Below, one piece after another: positions 44,766 to 57,329 of a stretch of 64,000 nt of DNA; positions within the stretch are counted from its first letter, which is position 1; every line of letters begins with the position of its first letter. Origin of the DNA: Mobula hypostoma. Its lineage: Eukaryota. Where the stretch lies: the NCBI RefSeq assembly GCF_963921235.1, contig NC_086097.1, positions 197,658,001 to 197,722,000 of the forward strand. The letters are read 5' to 3'. Both the position numbers and the translations under genes were made by a program. Below the pieces are notes generated by a model, which did not search any database, had not been told where the DNA came from, and worked only from the letters and a program-made list of their open reading frames with translations.

Positions 44766-47154
44766 CAGGTGTCCCCCGCCTTTCGAACCTTCACTTTACG
44801 AAACCTCACTGTTACGAAGGACCTACATTAGTTCCCTGTTTTCGCTTTCAGATGGTGTTTTCACTGTTACGGAAAAAAAGCAGCACGCGATAAAAAAATC
44901 AGCGCACGAAAAAATCAGTGCGCGATAAAAGTCAGGTGTGCCGCGAGCAGCCGCTCTCCCCCAAATTCGGAACTGCATTTTAGCCAGCATTGCTTAAACA
45001 TGTGCCTGTGAGCAGCCATTTGCAAGATGAGTTCTAACGTATCGGAAAAGCCTAAAAGAGCTTGTAAGGGTGCTGCACTTAGTGTAAAACTAGACATAGT
45101 TAAGTGTTTCGATCGTGGTGAATGAAGCAAGGACAAAGTGAGTTAGGCTTGTGGAAGCTGACGAACATGATGTTGAAGAGGTTTTGGCATTGCATGACCA
45201 AGAACTGATAGGTGAATAGCTGATGCAATTGGAAGAGGAAAGGATAACAATCAAAACCGAATGCAGTAGCGAACTGAACGTGAAGCAACTGCGTGAGATT
45301 TTTGCTGCAATGATAAAGTACGACTTTAATTTTGAAAGGGTACGTCGGTTTAGGGGATATTTGCAAGATGGTTTGAGTACTTACAAAGAACTGTATGATA
45401 GAAAAATGCGCGAGGTTCAGCAGTCAAGCAAGCCTTCCACATCAGCCACAGCAGACGATGAACCTCGACCTTCGACATCGAGGTGGGCAGTCATAGGAGA
45501 TGAGCTGCCTGCCCTAATGGAAACAGACGACACCCCAGTGTCCCACCACCCCAACCCCCAGGCCGTGGACAGATACCGATTCATGGAGAATGCAGCGGTA
45601 GCCAGGAGGCACACAGCACATCTTTAAGAAAAAAGCCGAAATAAACATGCTAATTAATTAGGTGCTGCCCAACATGTAATTGTCGGCCCAGATCAGAGGC
45701 GATGCAATTGGCAATTGTTACTGGAGAGAGTGTTTTTGCCAACAGCGCTTGCGTGAGATTTTCTGCCGACGGCGCTTGCGTGAGATTTTCGCTACGGAGA
45801 ACAGTGCAGTAATGATTGTGGAAAAGTATGTCTACTTTACATAGGCTGTGCATTTATCATATAATTCCTGCTTTTACTATATGTTACTGTTATTTTAGGT
45901 TTTATGTGTTAGACAACAGACAATAGACAATAGATGCAGGAGTAGCCCATTTGGCCCTTCGAGCTAGCACCGCGATTCACTGTGATCATGGCTGATCATC
46001 CACAATCAGTATCCAGTTCCTGCCTTATCCCCATAACCTTTGATTCCGCTATCTTTAAGAGCTCTATCCATCTCTTTCTTGAAAGCATCCAGAGACTTGG
46101 CCTCCACAGCCTTCTGGGGCGCAGCATTCCATACATCCACCACTCTCTGGGTGAAAAAGTTTTTCCTCAACTCCGTTCTAAATGGCCTACCCCTTATTCT
46201 TAAACTGTGGCCTCTGGTTCTGGACTCACCCATCAGCGGGAACATGCTTCCTGCTTCCAGTGTGTCCAATCCCTTAATAATCTTGTATGTTTCAATACGA
46301 TCCCCTCTCAGCCTTCTAAATTCCAGAGTATATACAAGCCCAGTCGCTCCAATCTTTCGACATATGACAGTCCCGCCATCCCGGGAATTAACCTTGTAAA
46401 CCTACGCTGCACTCCCTCAATAGCAAGAATGTCCTTCCTCAAATTTGGAGACCAAAACTGCACACAGTACTCCAGGTGTGGTCTCACTAGGGCCCCTGTA
46501 GAGCTGCAGAAGGACCTCTTTGCTCTTGTACTCAATTCCCCTTGTTATGAAGTCCAGCATGCCATTAGCTTTCTTCACAGCCTGCTGTACTTGCATGCTT
46601 GCTTTCAGTGACTGCTGTACAAGAACACCTAGATCTCATTGTACTTCCCCTTTTCCTAACTTGACTCCATTTAGATAATAATCTGCCTTCCTGCTCTTAC
46701 CACCAAAGTGGATAACCTCACATTTATCCACATTAAACTGCATCTGCCATATATCTGCCCACTCACCCAGCCTGTCCAAGTCACCCTGCATTCTCATAAC
46801 ATCCTCCTCACATTTCACACTGCCACTCAGCTTTGTGTCATCGGCAAATTTGCTAATGTTACTTTTAATTCCCTCATCTAAATCATTAATATATATTGTA
46901 AACGGCTGCGGTCCCAGCACTGAATCCTGCGGTACCCCACTGGTCACCGCCTGCCATTCCGAAAGGGACCCATTAATCGCCACTCCTTGTTTGATTTGTT
47001 ATTTGGCATGATTTGGTAGGTTATTTTTGGGTCTGCGAACGCTCACAAAATTTTCCCATATAAATAAATGGTAATTGCTTCTTCGCTTTACGACATTCCG
47101 GCTTACGAACCGTTTCATAGGAATGCTCTACCTTCGGATGGCAGGGGAAACCTG
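44766..47154 (+). mobile_element. Tigger1-like internally deleted transposon, interrupted by a CR1
   Basis: TA|caggtgtcccccgcc ... ggcaggggaaacctg|TA; N-terminal KPKRACKGAALSVKLDIVKCFDRGE joined to C-terminal LMQLEEER...LNVKQLREIF...NFERVRRF...YKELYDRK; no DDE domain. Confidence 0.88.
45911..46990 (-). mobile_element. 5'-truncated CR1 LINE
   Basis: ORFs 46636-46983, 46308-46535 and 46006-46269 (FADD, EYCVQFWSP); (ctattgt)n tail. Confidence 0.95.
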
Positions 47155-47959
47155 TATACTATATACAACCTTGAAATAAGTCTCCTTACAGGAAGCCACA
47201 AAACAAAGAAACCCAATAGAATATATTAAAAAAGAACACTGTCAAACACCCAATGTGCAATAAAAAAGAAAGGACAAATCCTGCAAACAATAAAAACTAA
47301 GCACATAACATTTGGAACTAAGGTTCATGAAAGAGAATTCACAGCCTCAAAGCCAGATATCACTACAGCCGGTCCAGGAGCATGTTAACTGCAGGTCACA
47401 TCCTCAGTTCATAATAAGAGAAGAGATGCAATGTGTTTAATCAAACAGTCTTATACGTATCCAATATGCTTCGAAGGGAACTTGACAGAATTTTAACTAA
47501 CAATATTCAATAGCATTTTAAATTCCATAAATGGCTGTTCCTCAATGTAGAGTTTGTATTTGTAAGTTCTTATACATTGCAACATAGAGACTTAACTATA
47601 AATGGCAGTTATGAGCCTTCTGAAACACAGCTGTACACATGACATAGAAATTTAAAAAATGAAATGTAAGTGATTTAGACACCACTCCTTTTTAAGAAAA
47701 CAAAAATAAACAGATCAAGTAGCAAGAAAGCAAAATACACCAAGTATACAGTGCAGGTTATTATGTTTTTCAAAAAGAAATTTTGGATTGTTTTCTCTGG
47801 AGTATTGGAAGCTAAGCGATGACGAGATAGAAATATATAAAATTATGCAAAGCATAAGCAGTCGTTAATGAGCAGAGGGATATTGGGGCTGCAGACAAAT
47901 AACCTCAAGGTTGTATGTGGTGACATGTATGTACTCTGGTAATAACTTTTACTTTGAAC

Positions 47960-49480
47960 TTTGAAATTTCTAGCTCTCTTGAAGGGGCTACACAAAAGCT
48001 TGCCTTTATTAGTTGAGTGCAAAAGTCAGGAAGTTATGTTGCAGCTTTATAAAACTCTAGTTAGGTTTCGTGGGCTGTTGTATACAATTTTGGTCACCTC
48101 ATTATCGAAAAGATGTCAAGGCTTTGGAGAGGATGCAGAAGAATTTTGCCGGGATGATGGCTAGATTAGAGGGGATGTGCTATAATGAGTGGTTGGACGA
48201 ATTTGGATTGTTTTCTCTGGAGTGGCAGAGGCTGAGGGGAGATCTGATAGAGGTTTAAAGGATTATGAGAGGCACAGATAGAGTAGCTAGTATCTTTCTC
48301 CCAGCATTAAAATGTCTGATACCAGGGGTCATGCATTTAAGGCGAGAGGGAGTAAGTTCAAAGAAGATGTAAGGGGCAAGTTTTTTTACATATAGAGCAG
48401 TACAGCACAGGAGCAGGCCATTCAGTCCGCAGTGTTGTGCCAAACTAACTAAAAAGCAAATGAAAACCAGCCAGACACTAATCCCTCCTACCTAAACCAT
48501 GTCCATATCCCTCCAATTTCCTTATAACCATGTACCTATCCAAATGTCTTTTAAAAGCTTCTAATGTATTTGCCTCTGCCACCATACCAGATAGCGCATT
48601 CCAGGCATTCATGACTCTCCGAGTAAACAACTTACCCCTCACATCCTCCTTGAACCTACCCCCCTCACCTTCAATGTATGCCTTCTTGTATTGGACATTT
48701 AAACCCTGAGAAACAGATGCTCTCTGTCCACTCTATCTTTGTTTCTCATAATCTTGTAAACCTTTACCAGATTTCCCCTCAGTTTTCGGTGCACCAGAGA
48801 AAACAGCCCAAGTTTATTCAGTCTTTCATGATAGCATGTGCCCTCTAAACCAGGCAGCATGCTGGTAAACCTCTTCTGCACCATCTCATAAGCCTCAACA
48901 TTCTTCCTATATTAGGGTGATCAAAGCTGTATACAATACTCCAGATGTGGCCTAGTGAGAGTTCTATAAACTGCAACATAACCTCAATCTTCAATGCTTC
49001 AACTAATAAAAGCAAACATTCCGTAAGCTTTCTAAACCACCTGATGGACCTGTATTGCCATTTTCAAGGAGCTATGAACTTGGATCCCATTATCTCTCTG
49101 CTGAGCAACACTGTTAAAGATCTTACCCTAACAGTGTACTGTCTCATTACATTTTCCCTACCAAGGTTCAATACCTCACATTTATGTGGGTTAAGATTCA
49201 TCTGCCATTTCTCAGCTTATATATGCAACTGATCTATATTGTGTTGTATTCTTTGTCAGTCTTCTGCAGTGTCCACAATTCCACGAATCTTGGTATCATC
49301 CATAAACTTATCAACCCACTCATCTACATTTTCATCCAGGTCATTTATATACATCAGGACAATGGAAAGATATGGATATTGTGTTGGCAGAAGAGATTAG
49401 ATTGGTTGGCCATTTGATCACTAATTTAATTGGTTAAGCACAACATTGTGCCAAAGGGCCTATTCCTGTTCTATGTTCAT
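47960..49480 (+). mobile_element. Old CR1 3' fragment with an opposite-strand CR1 nested at about 48392-49335
   Basis: MLQLYKTLVR, IQFWSPHYRKDV on plus; VQKRFTSMLPGLEG on minus. Confidence 0.75.
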
Positions 49481-49649
49481 AGATAGTATATAGCCTTTTT
49501 CCCGAAGGGGAAATTGTAAGTTCTAGAGGCTACAGATTTAAAGTGAGGGGGAGAAAGTTTAAAGGAGATTTGAGAGGAAAATTATTTTACACATAGAAGT
49601 GCCTGTAAAGTGCTGTGATTGGAGACGGTAAAAGTGGATCCACTAGATT

Positions 49650-50305
49650 CAAGGTTATTTAATGACATTTGCAGTACACAAGTGTAAAGAAAAATGAAAT
49701 AATAGTTACTATGGATCTGAGGTAGAGCACAAAAACACAATAAAATAAAGAAAACAGTAATATAAAAACACAGATACTTAAGGCAGCTTATATAAATTGA
49801 TTGTATGCATATAAAATGTCACCAGTTATAGGAGTGTCTGTAATCAAGGTAACTGATAGGAAATAATGAAGTAGTGGTAGTGGGGTGTGTGGTGGAGTGG
49901 CGTAGTGGGTGCAGGTGTTGATCAGCCTTACTGCTTGGTGAAAGTAACTGTTTTTAATTCTGGTGGTCCTAGGGTCGATGCTAACTAGCCTCCCTCCCTG
50001 ATGGGAGTGGGACGAACAGTCTATGAAAAGGGTGTGTGCGATCCTTCGTGATATTGGCAGCCTTTTTTCCATCATGTTTCTGTATATATGTCCTTGATAG
50101 AGTGTGGGCTGGTGCCAGTGATGCATTAGGCAGTTTTGACTACCCATTGCAGAGCCTTCTTGTCTGCCACATTGCAGTTTCCATACCAATCAGAGATGTA
50201 GCATGTTAGGTATGCCTCTACTATGCACCTGTGAGTATTGATGTGCATAGACTAGCTCTCTTCAGCTTTCTCAGAAAGTAGAGGCTTTGGTGAGCTTCCT
50301 TGATT
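49650..50305 (-). mobile_element. Rex1-type LINE 3' fragment
   Basis: RTTRIKNSYFHQAVRLIN in ORF 49788-50189. Confidence 0.75.
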
Positions 50306-50734
50306 GACCTAAATAGTGATGAAATATTGCAAAACTTGTTAAAGTAGTTCACGAGAACATTATTACTCAAAATTCGTCCATGAAGCACACATGTTCCGAT
50401 TAGAACAGATGATGAGAAGCTTGTTCAAGCAAATGGTTTTAAAAGAGGGCAGAAAGTTTTGCTGCCATTGAGGAGGAAGGAGTGAATTCCAGATTGGGCA
50501 GCGTTAAGGGGAGGGACAGTTATGTAATGAGGGTGGTGACTTGACAAGAATATATAATGGACAGGCAGAAAACACAAACATATGAATTAGGAGCAGGAAT
50601 AGACCATCTCATATCAGAGAGAGCTTCAAGACTCTTAAATGGATTATTATATTTATTATTATACTTATTATTATACAATGATCCTTACATTTAGGTTCTT
50701 CATGTCAAATCCCTATCCAGTCTTATATGGCACA

Positions 50735-52230
50735 TAGAACAGTATAGCACAGTACAGGCCCTTTGGCCCATGATATTGTGCTGACTATGTAAACTTATTC
50801 CACAATCAATCCAATTCTTCCCTCCTACACAATCCACAGGCCTCAATTTTTCTTAGATCTACATGCTTATCTGGGAATCTTTTAAATGTCCCTTAAATGT
50901 GCTCCAGGTATCTACCACTCTCAGTGTAGAGAAAAAAAAAAGAAAACTACCTAAGCTTTCCTCTACTCACCTTAAACAGATGTGCTCTGGTACTGGCCAA
51001 AGCTGCCCTGGGAAAAAGGTGTGGTTGTCCACTCTATCAATGCCTCTCATAATCTTATCACACTTCAATCAAGTTGCTTCTCCTCTTCATTCAGTCCAAA
51101 GAAAAAAGCCCTAGCTCACTCAAGCTTTCCGCATTAGGTATGTTCTTTAATCCATGTAACATCCTGGAAAATTTCCTTTGCACCCTTTCTAAATCTTCCA
51201 TATTCTTCCTATAATGATGCAACCAGAACTCAACACAATAATCATGCAGTGTGGTTTACCAAGAGTTTAATGGTGCTTCAACATTATCTTGCAGTTCTTG
51301 AACTCAATTTCCCACTAATGAACACAAGAGATTCTGCAGACTCTGAAAATCTAGAGTAATACACACAAAATGCTGGAGGAACTCAGCATGTCAGACAACA
51401 TCTAGGGAATGGAAACGTCAGTCCTGATGAAGAGTCTCAGCCTGAAGCATTGACGCTATATTCCTCTCCATAGTTGCTGCCTGACCTGCTGAGTTCCTTC
51501 AGCATTTTCTGTGTTTGTGTGTCCCCTACTCATGAAGGTTGGCACATTACACATCATCTTTACCATCCTATCAACTTGTTCAAAGTAAATTTATTATCAA
51601 AATACATATACAGTATGTTACCATATACAACCCTGAGTGGCAACTTTGAAGAATCTATGGACTTGACCTCGAGGTCATGTTGTTCCTCTATACCAGGGGT
51701 TCCTAACATATTTATGCCCTGGACTGATACAATTAAGAAAGTAGTCTCAGGTTGGGAACCCCTGTTCTACACTACCAAGAATTCTGCCATTATTCTTGCA
51801 CTCAATCCTCAAGTTTCATCTTCCAAAGTGTATCATTTCACATTTTTCCAGATTGAAGTCCATCTGCCACTTCTTTGTGCAGCTCTGCATGCTGTCTATA
51901 TCCTGTTGTCATATCTACAACACAGCCAACCTTTGTGCCATCTGCAAACTTATTAACTCACCTCTCCACTTTCTTATCCAAGTCATTTTTAAAAGTCACA
52001 AAGAACAGTGGTGCCTTTAGTGAACAATTGAACATCATTTGCTATTCTCCAATCCTTTGGTGCCACTCTTACGGTCAGGGAGGATGCACCTATCATCATC
52101 AGTGCCGCAGAAATCTCTTCTTTTTCTTCCTTTGGTAACTTAAGGTGCATCCCATCCAGCCCCAAAGGGTATCTCTCCTAATGTTTTTCAGAAGCTCCAA
52201 CACTGCATCTTTATTAACCTTGACATGCTC
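50735..52230 (-). mobile_element. Old fragmented CR1 carrying several small insertions
   Basis: Minus-strand KFADGTK, WQMDFNLEKCEMIHFGR and VLELLKNIRRD remnants, plus a 3' UTR. Confidence 0.65.
51321..51520. mobile_element. Fold-back Penelope terminal-repeat mini-element with decayed hammerhead (51421-51454)
   Basis: aaaatgctggaggaactcagca / tgctgagttccttcagcatttt arms; gtc CTGATGA agagtctcagcct GAAGC ATT gac. Confidence 0.7.
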
Positions 52231-53792
52231 CAGCATATTAGCCTGTGTAATACAATAGAAATAGTAAGATGTGAACAGGTTTGATTGATTAGGAAAAGGT
52301 TGCAAAGGTGCCTCATTTATGCTGAGAAATGCTGTTTGTACCCATTGGTTTATCTTCTGGTATATTCTGCTATGTTATCCACCACTTTCCACTGAAAAGA
52401 GATTAGACTAAGCTGAGCAGAAGAGGTAGGAGAAAGTGAAGCAAAAGGAGTTGAGGGATGAAGATATGCACAAAAGCAGAAGAGAGAAAAATACTGGTGG
52501 AGGTAAGTGGCACAACATAAGAATGTTCTCTAATTGCAGTGGGAAGAGATTAACTATTGTCCCTGGTGTTGCCATTTGGAGTTGTTTTTCAGAAGTATAA
52601 TTTAAATTTCTGTTGGATCGGACAGGTTAATCTTTTGCATTCGTGATATGTACCCCATGTTCTTTTTGTGCATACTCATCATCTTGAACTTACTTTCTGC
52701 TACAATAAACATAATGGAACAATATGATAGAAATAGTGAATTACATCAGAAAATGGCACAGACATGTCTGGAATTATAATTCGCAATGAGTGAAAACCAA
52801 GAAGAGTTTATGTTTGTTTTGTGATAAGTAATACAAAATGCCCCAGGACTTGCAAACAGTTAACAATAAGTTAACAAAGGTCCAAAGATATTATTCTGTT
52901 GGTTTCGCAGTTTCTCATTTAAATGAATTAATTTTTTCAGATATGTTTTTACTAAATTTGGGTGTTGTGCTTTTATATTATTCATTATTTGTTCACTACA
53001 GCAGATTCCCTGAGATTTTCTTTTACATTTCAACAGATCATTGATGCAGTATTCAAAATATTCAGTTTATCTAAAGCTACTTTACATGCATCATTAAATA
53101 TACCAGCAAAAAACAGTCATGTTAATCATCACGTTAATCACCATACTGAGAGAACTAATAGTAAGTTGACAATAACTGGTTCCACACACACTAAATTCTG
53201 AAGGAACTCGGCAGATCAGGCAGCATCTAAGGAAGTGAATAAATATTCTTCAGGACTGGAAAGGAAGGGAGGATGATCCCAGAATAAGATGGTGGGGAGT
53301 GGGGAAACTGGAAGGTGATAGGTGAAGCTAGGTGGGAATGAAGATTGGACCATGGGAGAAAGGGAAGGAGGGACACCAGGGCTAGGTGATAGACAGGTGA
53401 GGAAAGAAGCCAGCGTGGGTAATTGAAGAAGAGGGAAGGGGGAGGGACAACAATTACCTTAAGTTGGAGAAATTGATGTTCATGCCATCAACTTGGAGGC
53501 TACCTAAATGGAATATGATGTGTTGCTCCTCCAACCTGAGAGTGGCCTCATCATGGCAAAAGATGATGTGTTGGAATGGAAAGGGGGATTGGGAATAATA
53601 TGATTGGCCACTGGGAAATGCTGTTTCGATTTTTTGGTTGGAGTGGAGATGATCAACAAAGCGGTCCCCAATTTATGTTGGCTCTCACTAATGAAGAGGA
53701 GGCCTTACAGAGATACAGTATATGACCCTAACAGATTGGCAGGTGAAGTGTTGCCTCACCTGGAAGGACTGTTTGGGGCCCTGAAGGGACTT

Positions 53793-54715
53793 CAAAATCA
53801 GAATGAGGTTTATTATCACTGGCATGTGATGTGAAATTTGTTAACTTAGCAGCAGAAGTTCAATGCAATACATAATCTAAAGGAGAAAGTGATAATAAAT
53901 AAAAAAATAATAAAAGAGTAAATCAATTATGTATATTGAATAGATTTTAAGAAAGTGCAAAAACAGAAATACTGTCTATTTAAAAAAAAAAGTGAGGTCG
54001 TGTCCAAAGATTCAATGTCTATTTAGGAATCGGATGGCAGAGGGGAAGAAGTGGTTCCTGAATCACTGAGTGTGTGCCTTCAGGCTTCTGTACCTCCTAC
54101 CTGATGGTAACAGTGAGAAAAGGGCATGCCCTGGATGTTGGAGGTCCTCAATAATGGATGCTGCCTTTCTGAGACACCGCCTCCTGAATTTATCTGGAGT
54201 ACTTTGTAGTCTAGTACCCAAGATGGAGCTGACTAGACTTACAACCTTCTGCCCCTTCTTCGGTCCTGTGCAGTAGCCCCTCCATATCAGACAGTGATGC
54301 AGCCTATCAGAATGCTGTCCACGGTACAACTATAGAAGTTTCTGAGTGTATTTGTTGACATACCAAATCTCTTCAAACTCCTAATAAAGTGTAGCCACTG
54401 TGTTGCTTTCTGTATAACTGCACCAATATGTTGGGACCAGGTTAGATCTGTGGAGATCTTGACATCCAGGAACTTGAAGCTGCTCACTCTCTCCACTTCT
54501 TATCCCTCTATGAGGATTGGTATGTGTTCCTTCGTCTTACCCTTCCTGAAGTCCACAATGGGCTTTTTCGTCTTACTGACGTTGAGTGCCAGGTTGTTGC
54601 TGCGGCACCACTCCACTAGTTGGCATATTTCACTCCTGTATGCCCTTGTCACCACCTAAGATACCACCAACAATGGATTTATCATCAGCAAATTTATAGA
54701 TGGCATTTGAGCTAT
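53793..54715 (-). mobile_element. Rex1 LINE 3' part, same family as 13930-15515
   Basis: ERVSSFKFLDV, HPGHALFSLLPSGRRYRSLKAHT; closely matching 3' UTR. Confidence 0.92.
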
Positions 54716-55365
54716 GAATGGGCAGGTTGTAGCACTTCTACTTGCAGGGATAAGATTATTGGGAAAGGATGAATGGATAAGGAAATTACGGAGGGAATGA
54801 TCCCTGCAGGAAGTGGAGAGTTGATGGTAAGGTTCCATTGAAGATGGCGGAAGCTGTGGAGAATAATGTGTAGGATGTGGAGGTTCATCAGGACAAGAGG
54901 AACTATTTCCCTGTTAAGGCAGTGGGAAGATGGGTTGAGTGCAGATGTCTGGAAAATGAAGGAGTTGTGAGTGGGGGCAGCATCAATGATGGAGTGAGTG
55001 AAACCCCATTCTTTGAAGAAGGAGAACACCACTGATGTTTTGGAATGGAAAGCCTCATCCTGAGAACAGGTGCGGTGCAGACAAAGGAACTGAGAAAAGG
55101 GAATGTCATTTTTACAGGAAACAGGGTGGGAAGAGATATAGTTAAAAGATATCTAAAGACAATTTATCCCCAGAGATAGAGGCAGAGATTGAGAAAGGGG
55201 AGGGAAGTGTCAGAAATAGATTCTGAATTTTAAGGTAGAGTGGTAGTTGGAGACAAAGTTGATGAAATTGATGAGCTCAGCATGGGTGTATGAAGCAGCA
55301 CCAATGCATTTGTCAATGTAGTACAGAAAGAGTTGGAGAGCATTACCAGGGAAGACTTGAAACAT

Positions 55366-57087
55366 AAAGCCATGAGACCAAAAGACATTGGAGCAGAATT
55401 AGGCCATTCAGTCCATTGAGCCAGAATCAGAATCAGGTTTAATATCACTTTCCACTTCTAATCCCTCGATGAGGGCTTGTATGTGTTCCCTTGATGTACC
55501 CTTCTTGAAGTCCACAATCAATTCATTGGTCTTACTGACGTTGAGTGCAAGGTTGTTGCTGTGACACCACTCAAGCAGTAAATCTATCTCACTCTTGTAT
55601 GCCTCCTCATTACCATATGAAATTCTGCTAACTATATTGTGTCATCAGCAAATTTATAGATGGCGTTTGAGCTATGCCTAGCCACACAGTCATGGGTGTA
55701 GAGAGTGTAAAGCAGCAGGTGAAGCGTCCATCCTTGAGGAGCGCTAGTGTTGGCTGTCAGTGAAGAAGAGATGTTATTTCCCTTTTACATGGACAATGAT
55801 CTCCCGGTAAGGAAGTCAAGTTGCAGAGGGAGGTACAGAGGCCCAGGTTTTGGAACCTTTTGACTGGAACTGAGGGTATGATTGTGTTGAGCGCTGAGCT
55901 GAGGTCAATAAACAGCGGCCTGACATAAGTATTGCTATTGTCCAGGTGATCCAAGGCCCAGTAGATGGCCAGAGAGATTGTACCTGCTGTAGACCTATTG
56001 TGGTGATAGGCGAATTACAGCAGATCCAGGTCCTTGCTTAGGTAGGAGCTGATTCTAGCTATGACCAACCTCTCAAAGCACTTCATCTTAGTAGACTTGA
56101 GTGCCACTGGGCTATAGTCACTGAGGCAGCTCACCCTGGTCTTCTTAGGCACTGGTATGATTGTCATCCTTTTGCAGCAGGTTGGAACCTCCAACTGCAG
56201 CAGTGAAAGATTGAATATGTCCTTGAACATTCCTATTAATTGCTTGGCATGGGTTTTCAGAGACCCACCAGGTACACAATGGGGGCCAAGTGCCTTGTGA
56301 GGGTTCACCCTCTTGAAAGATGTTCTGATGTTGTCCTCTGAGGCAAAGATCGCAGGGTTACCAGATGCTAGAGTGATTTGCATGGATGTAGTTTTAGTCT
56401 CCCTTTCAAAGCGTGCATAAAAAGCATTGAGCTCATTTGGGAGTGAGGCATCACTGCCATTCATGATGTTAAGTTTTGCTTTGTAAGAAGTAATGGCCTG
56501 CAAACCCAGTCAGAGCTGACGTGATTGTTTCTCTTACCCCAAATAGAATTGTTTTTATGCTTTCTTAGCCTTCCTTAGGTTGTACCTGGACGTCTTGTAT
56601 AGTTCTGGATTATCAGTCTTGAACGCCACAGATCCAGTCCTCAGCAGATGACAAATCTCCTGGTTTATCCACTGCTTTTGATTTGGGTATGTCCGATATA
56701 TTTTTGGAGGCAAACACTCATCCACACAGGTTTCTATGAAGTCAATGACAACTATGGGATATTCATTCAGACTCGAACTTGAATCCCTGAATATGAAAAG
56801 TCTGCACTGCCATTCCATCATGGCTGACTTATTATCTCTCTTAGCCCCATTCTCCTGCCTTCTCCTCGTTACTTTTGATGCCCTGGCTATCACCCTCCGA
56901 TTTAAATATACTGAACAACTTGGCCTCAACGTATTCACCACCCTCTGGCTAGAGAAATTCCTCCTGATCTCTGTTCTAAATGGCCCTCTATTCTGAGGCT
57001 GTGCCCTCTGGTCCTAGGCTCCCCCACTATCGGGCCTTTCAATGTGATCCCCTCTCATTCTTCTCAACACCAGCGAGTATATGGTAA
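55366..57087 (-). mobile_element. CR1 3' end inside the Penelope element, itself split by Rex1
   Basis: CR1 3' UTR at 55366-55421 continues at about 56800-57087. Confidence 0.7.
55422..56795 (-). mobile_element. Rex1 LINE with internal deletion
   Basis: ORFs 56015-56503 and 55757-55954 (DASLPNELNAFYARFE, DYSPVAL, HLDNSNTYVRPLFID); (gattct)n tail at 55422. Confidence 0.9.
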
Positions 57088-57329
57088 GAGCATGGACAGC
57101 TCCACGTAGCCAACGAAGAATCAGGCAGGCATAGCTGGGACCCATGCAGGTGCTCATGGCTACACCTTGAGTTTGGAGAATTGATTTTCATGCTATATGA
57201 GAGTGATTAAGGCAATAATTTTTAAATTAAATTTATACTTCAGGATAAGTAATCACTTGGTTTATTTTTTCAAGTTGTGGTATATTGTGTCTGGTTCAGA
57301 TGTGCATGAAACAGTAGAGGTTTTAGATA

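Larger units (their letters stand above)
53183..57181 (-). mobile_element. Long Penelope-like element (RT plus GIY-YIG) in three pieces: 53183-53790, 54716-55365, 57088-57181
   Basis: LQTQGVAMSTCMGPSYACL; LFLYYIDKCIG...LINFINF; SSHPVSCKNDIPFSQFL...CSQDEAF; RLEEQHIIFHLGSLQ; collinear across the interruptions. Confidence 0.85.

Noticed and set aside
45223..45627. 134-aa ORF as a novel host gene
   Set aside because: Tigger transposase C-terminal remnant reading into the hAT-derived segment, inside TIRs.
44870..45800. Short spaced repeats (aaaaaa.cagc.cgcga x3; gcgcttgcgtgagattttc x2) as CRISPR-like
   Set aside because: Only 2-3 degenerate units without unique spacers, inside a eukaryotic transposon; no cas genes.
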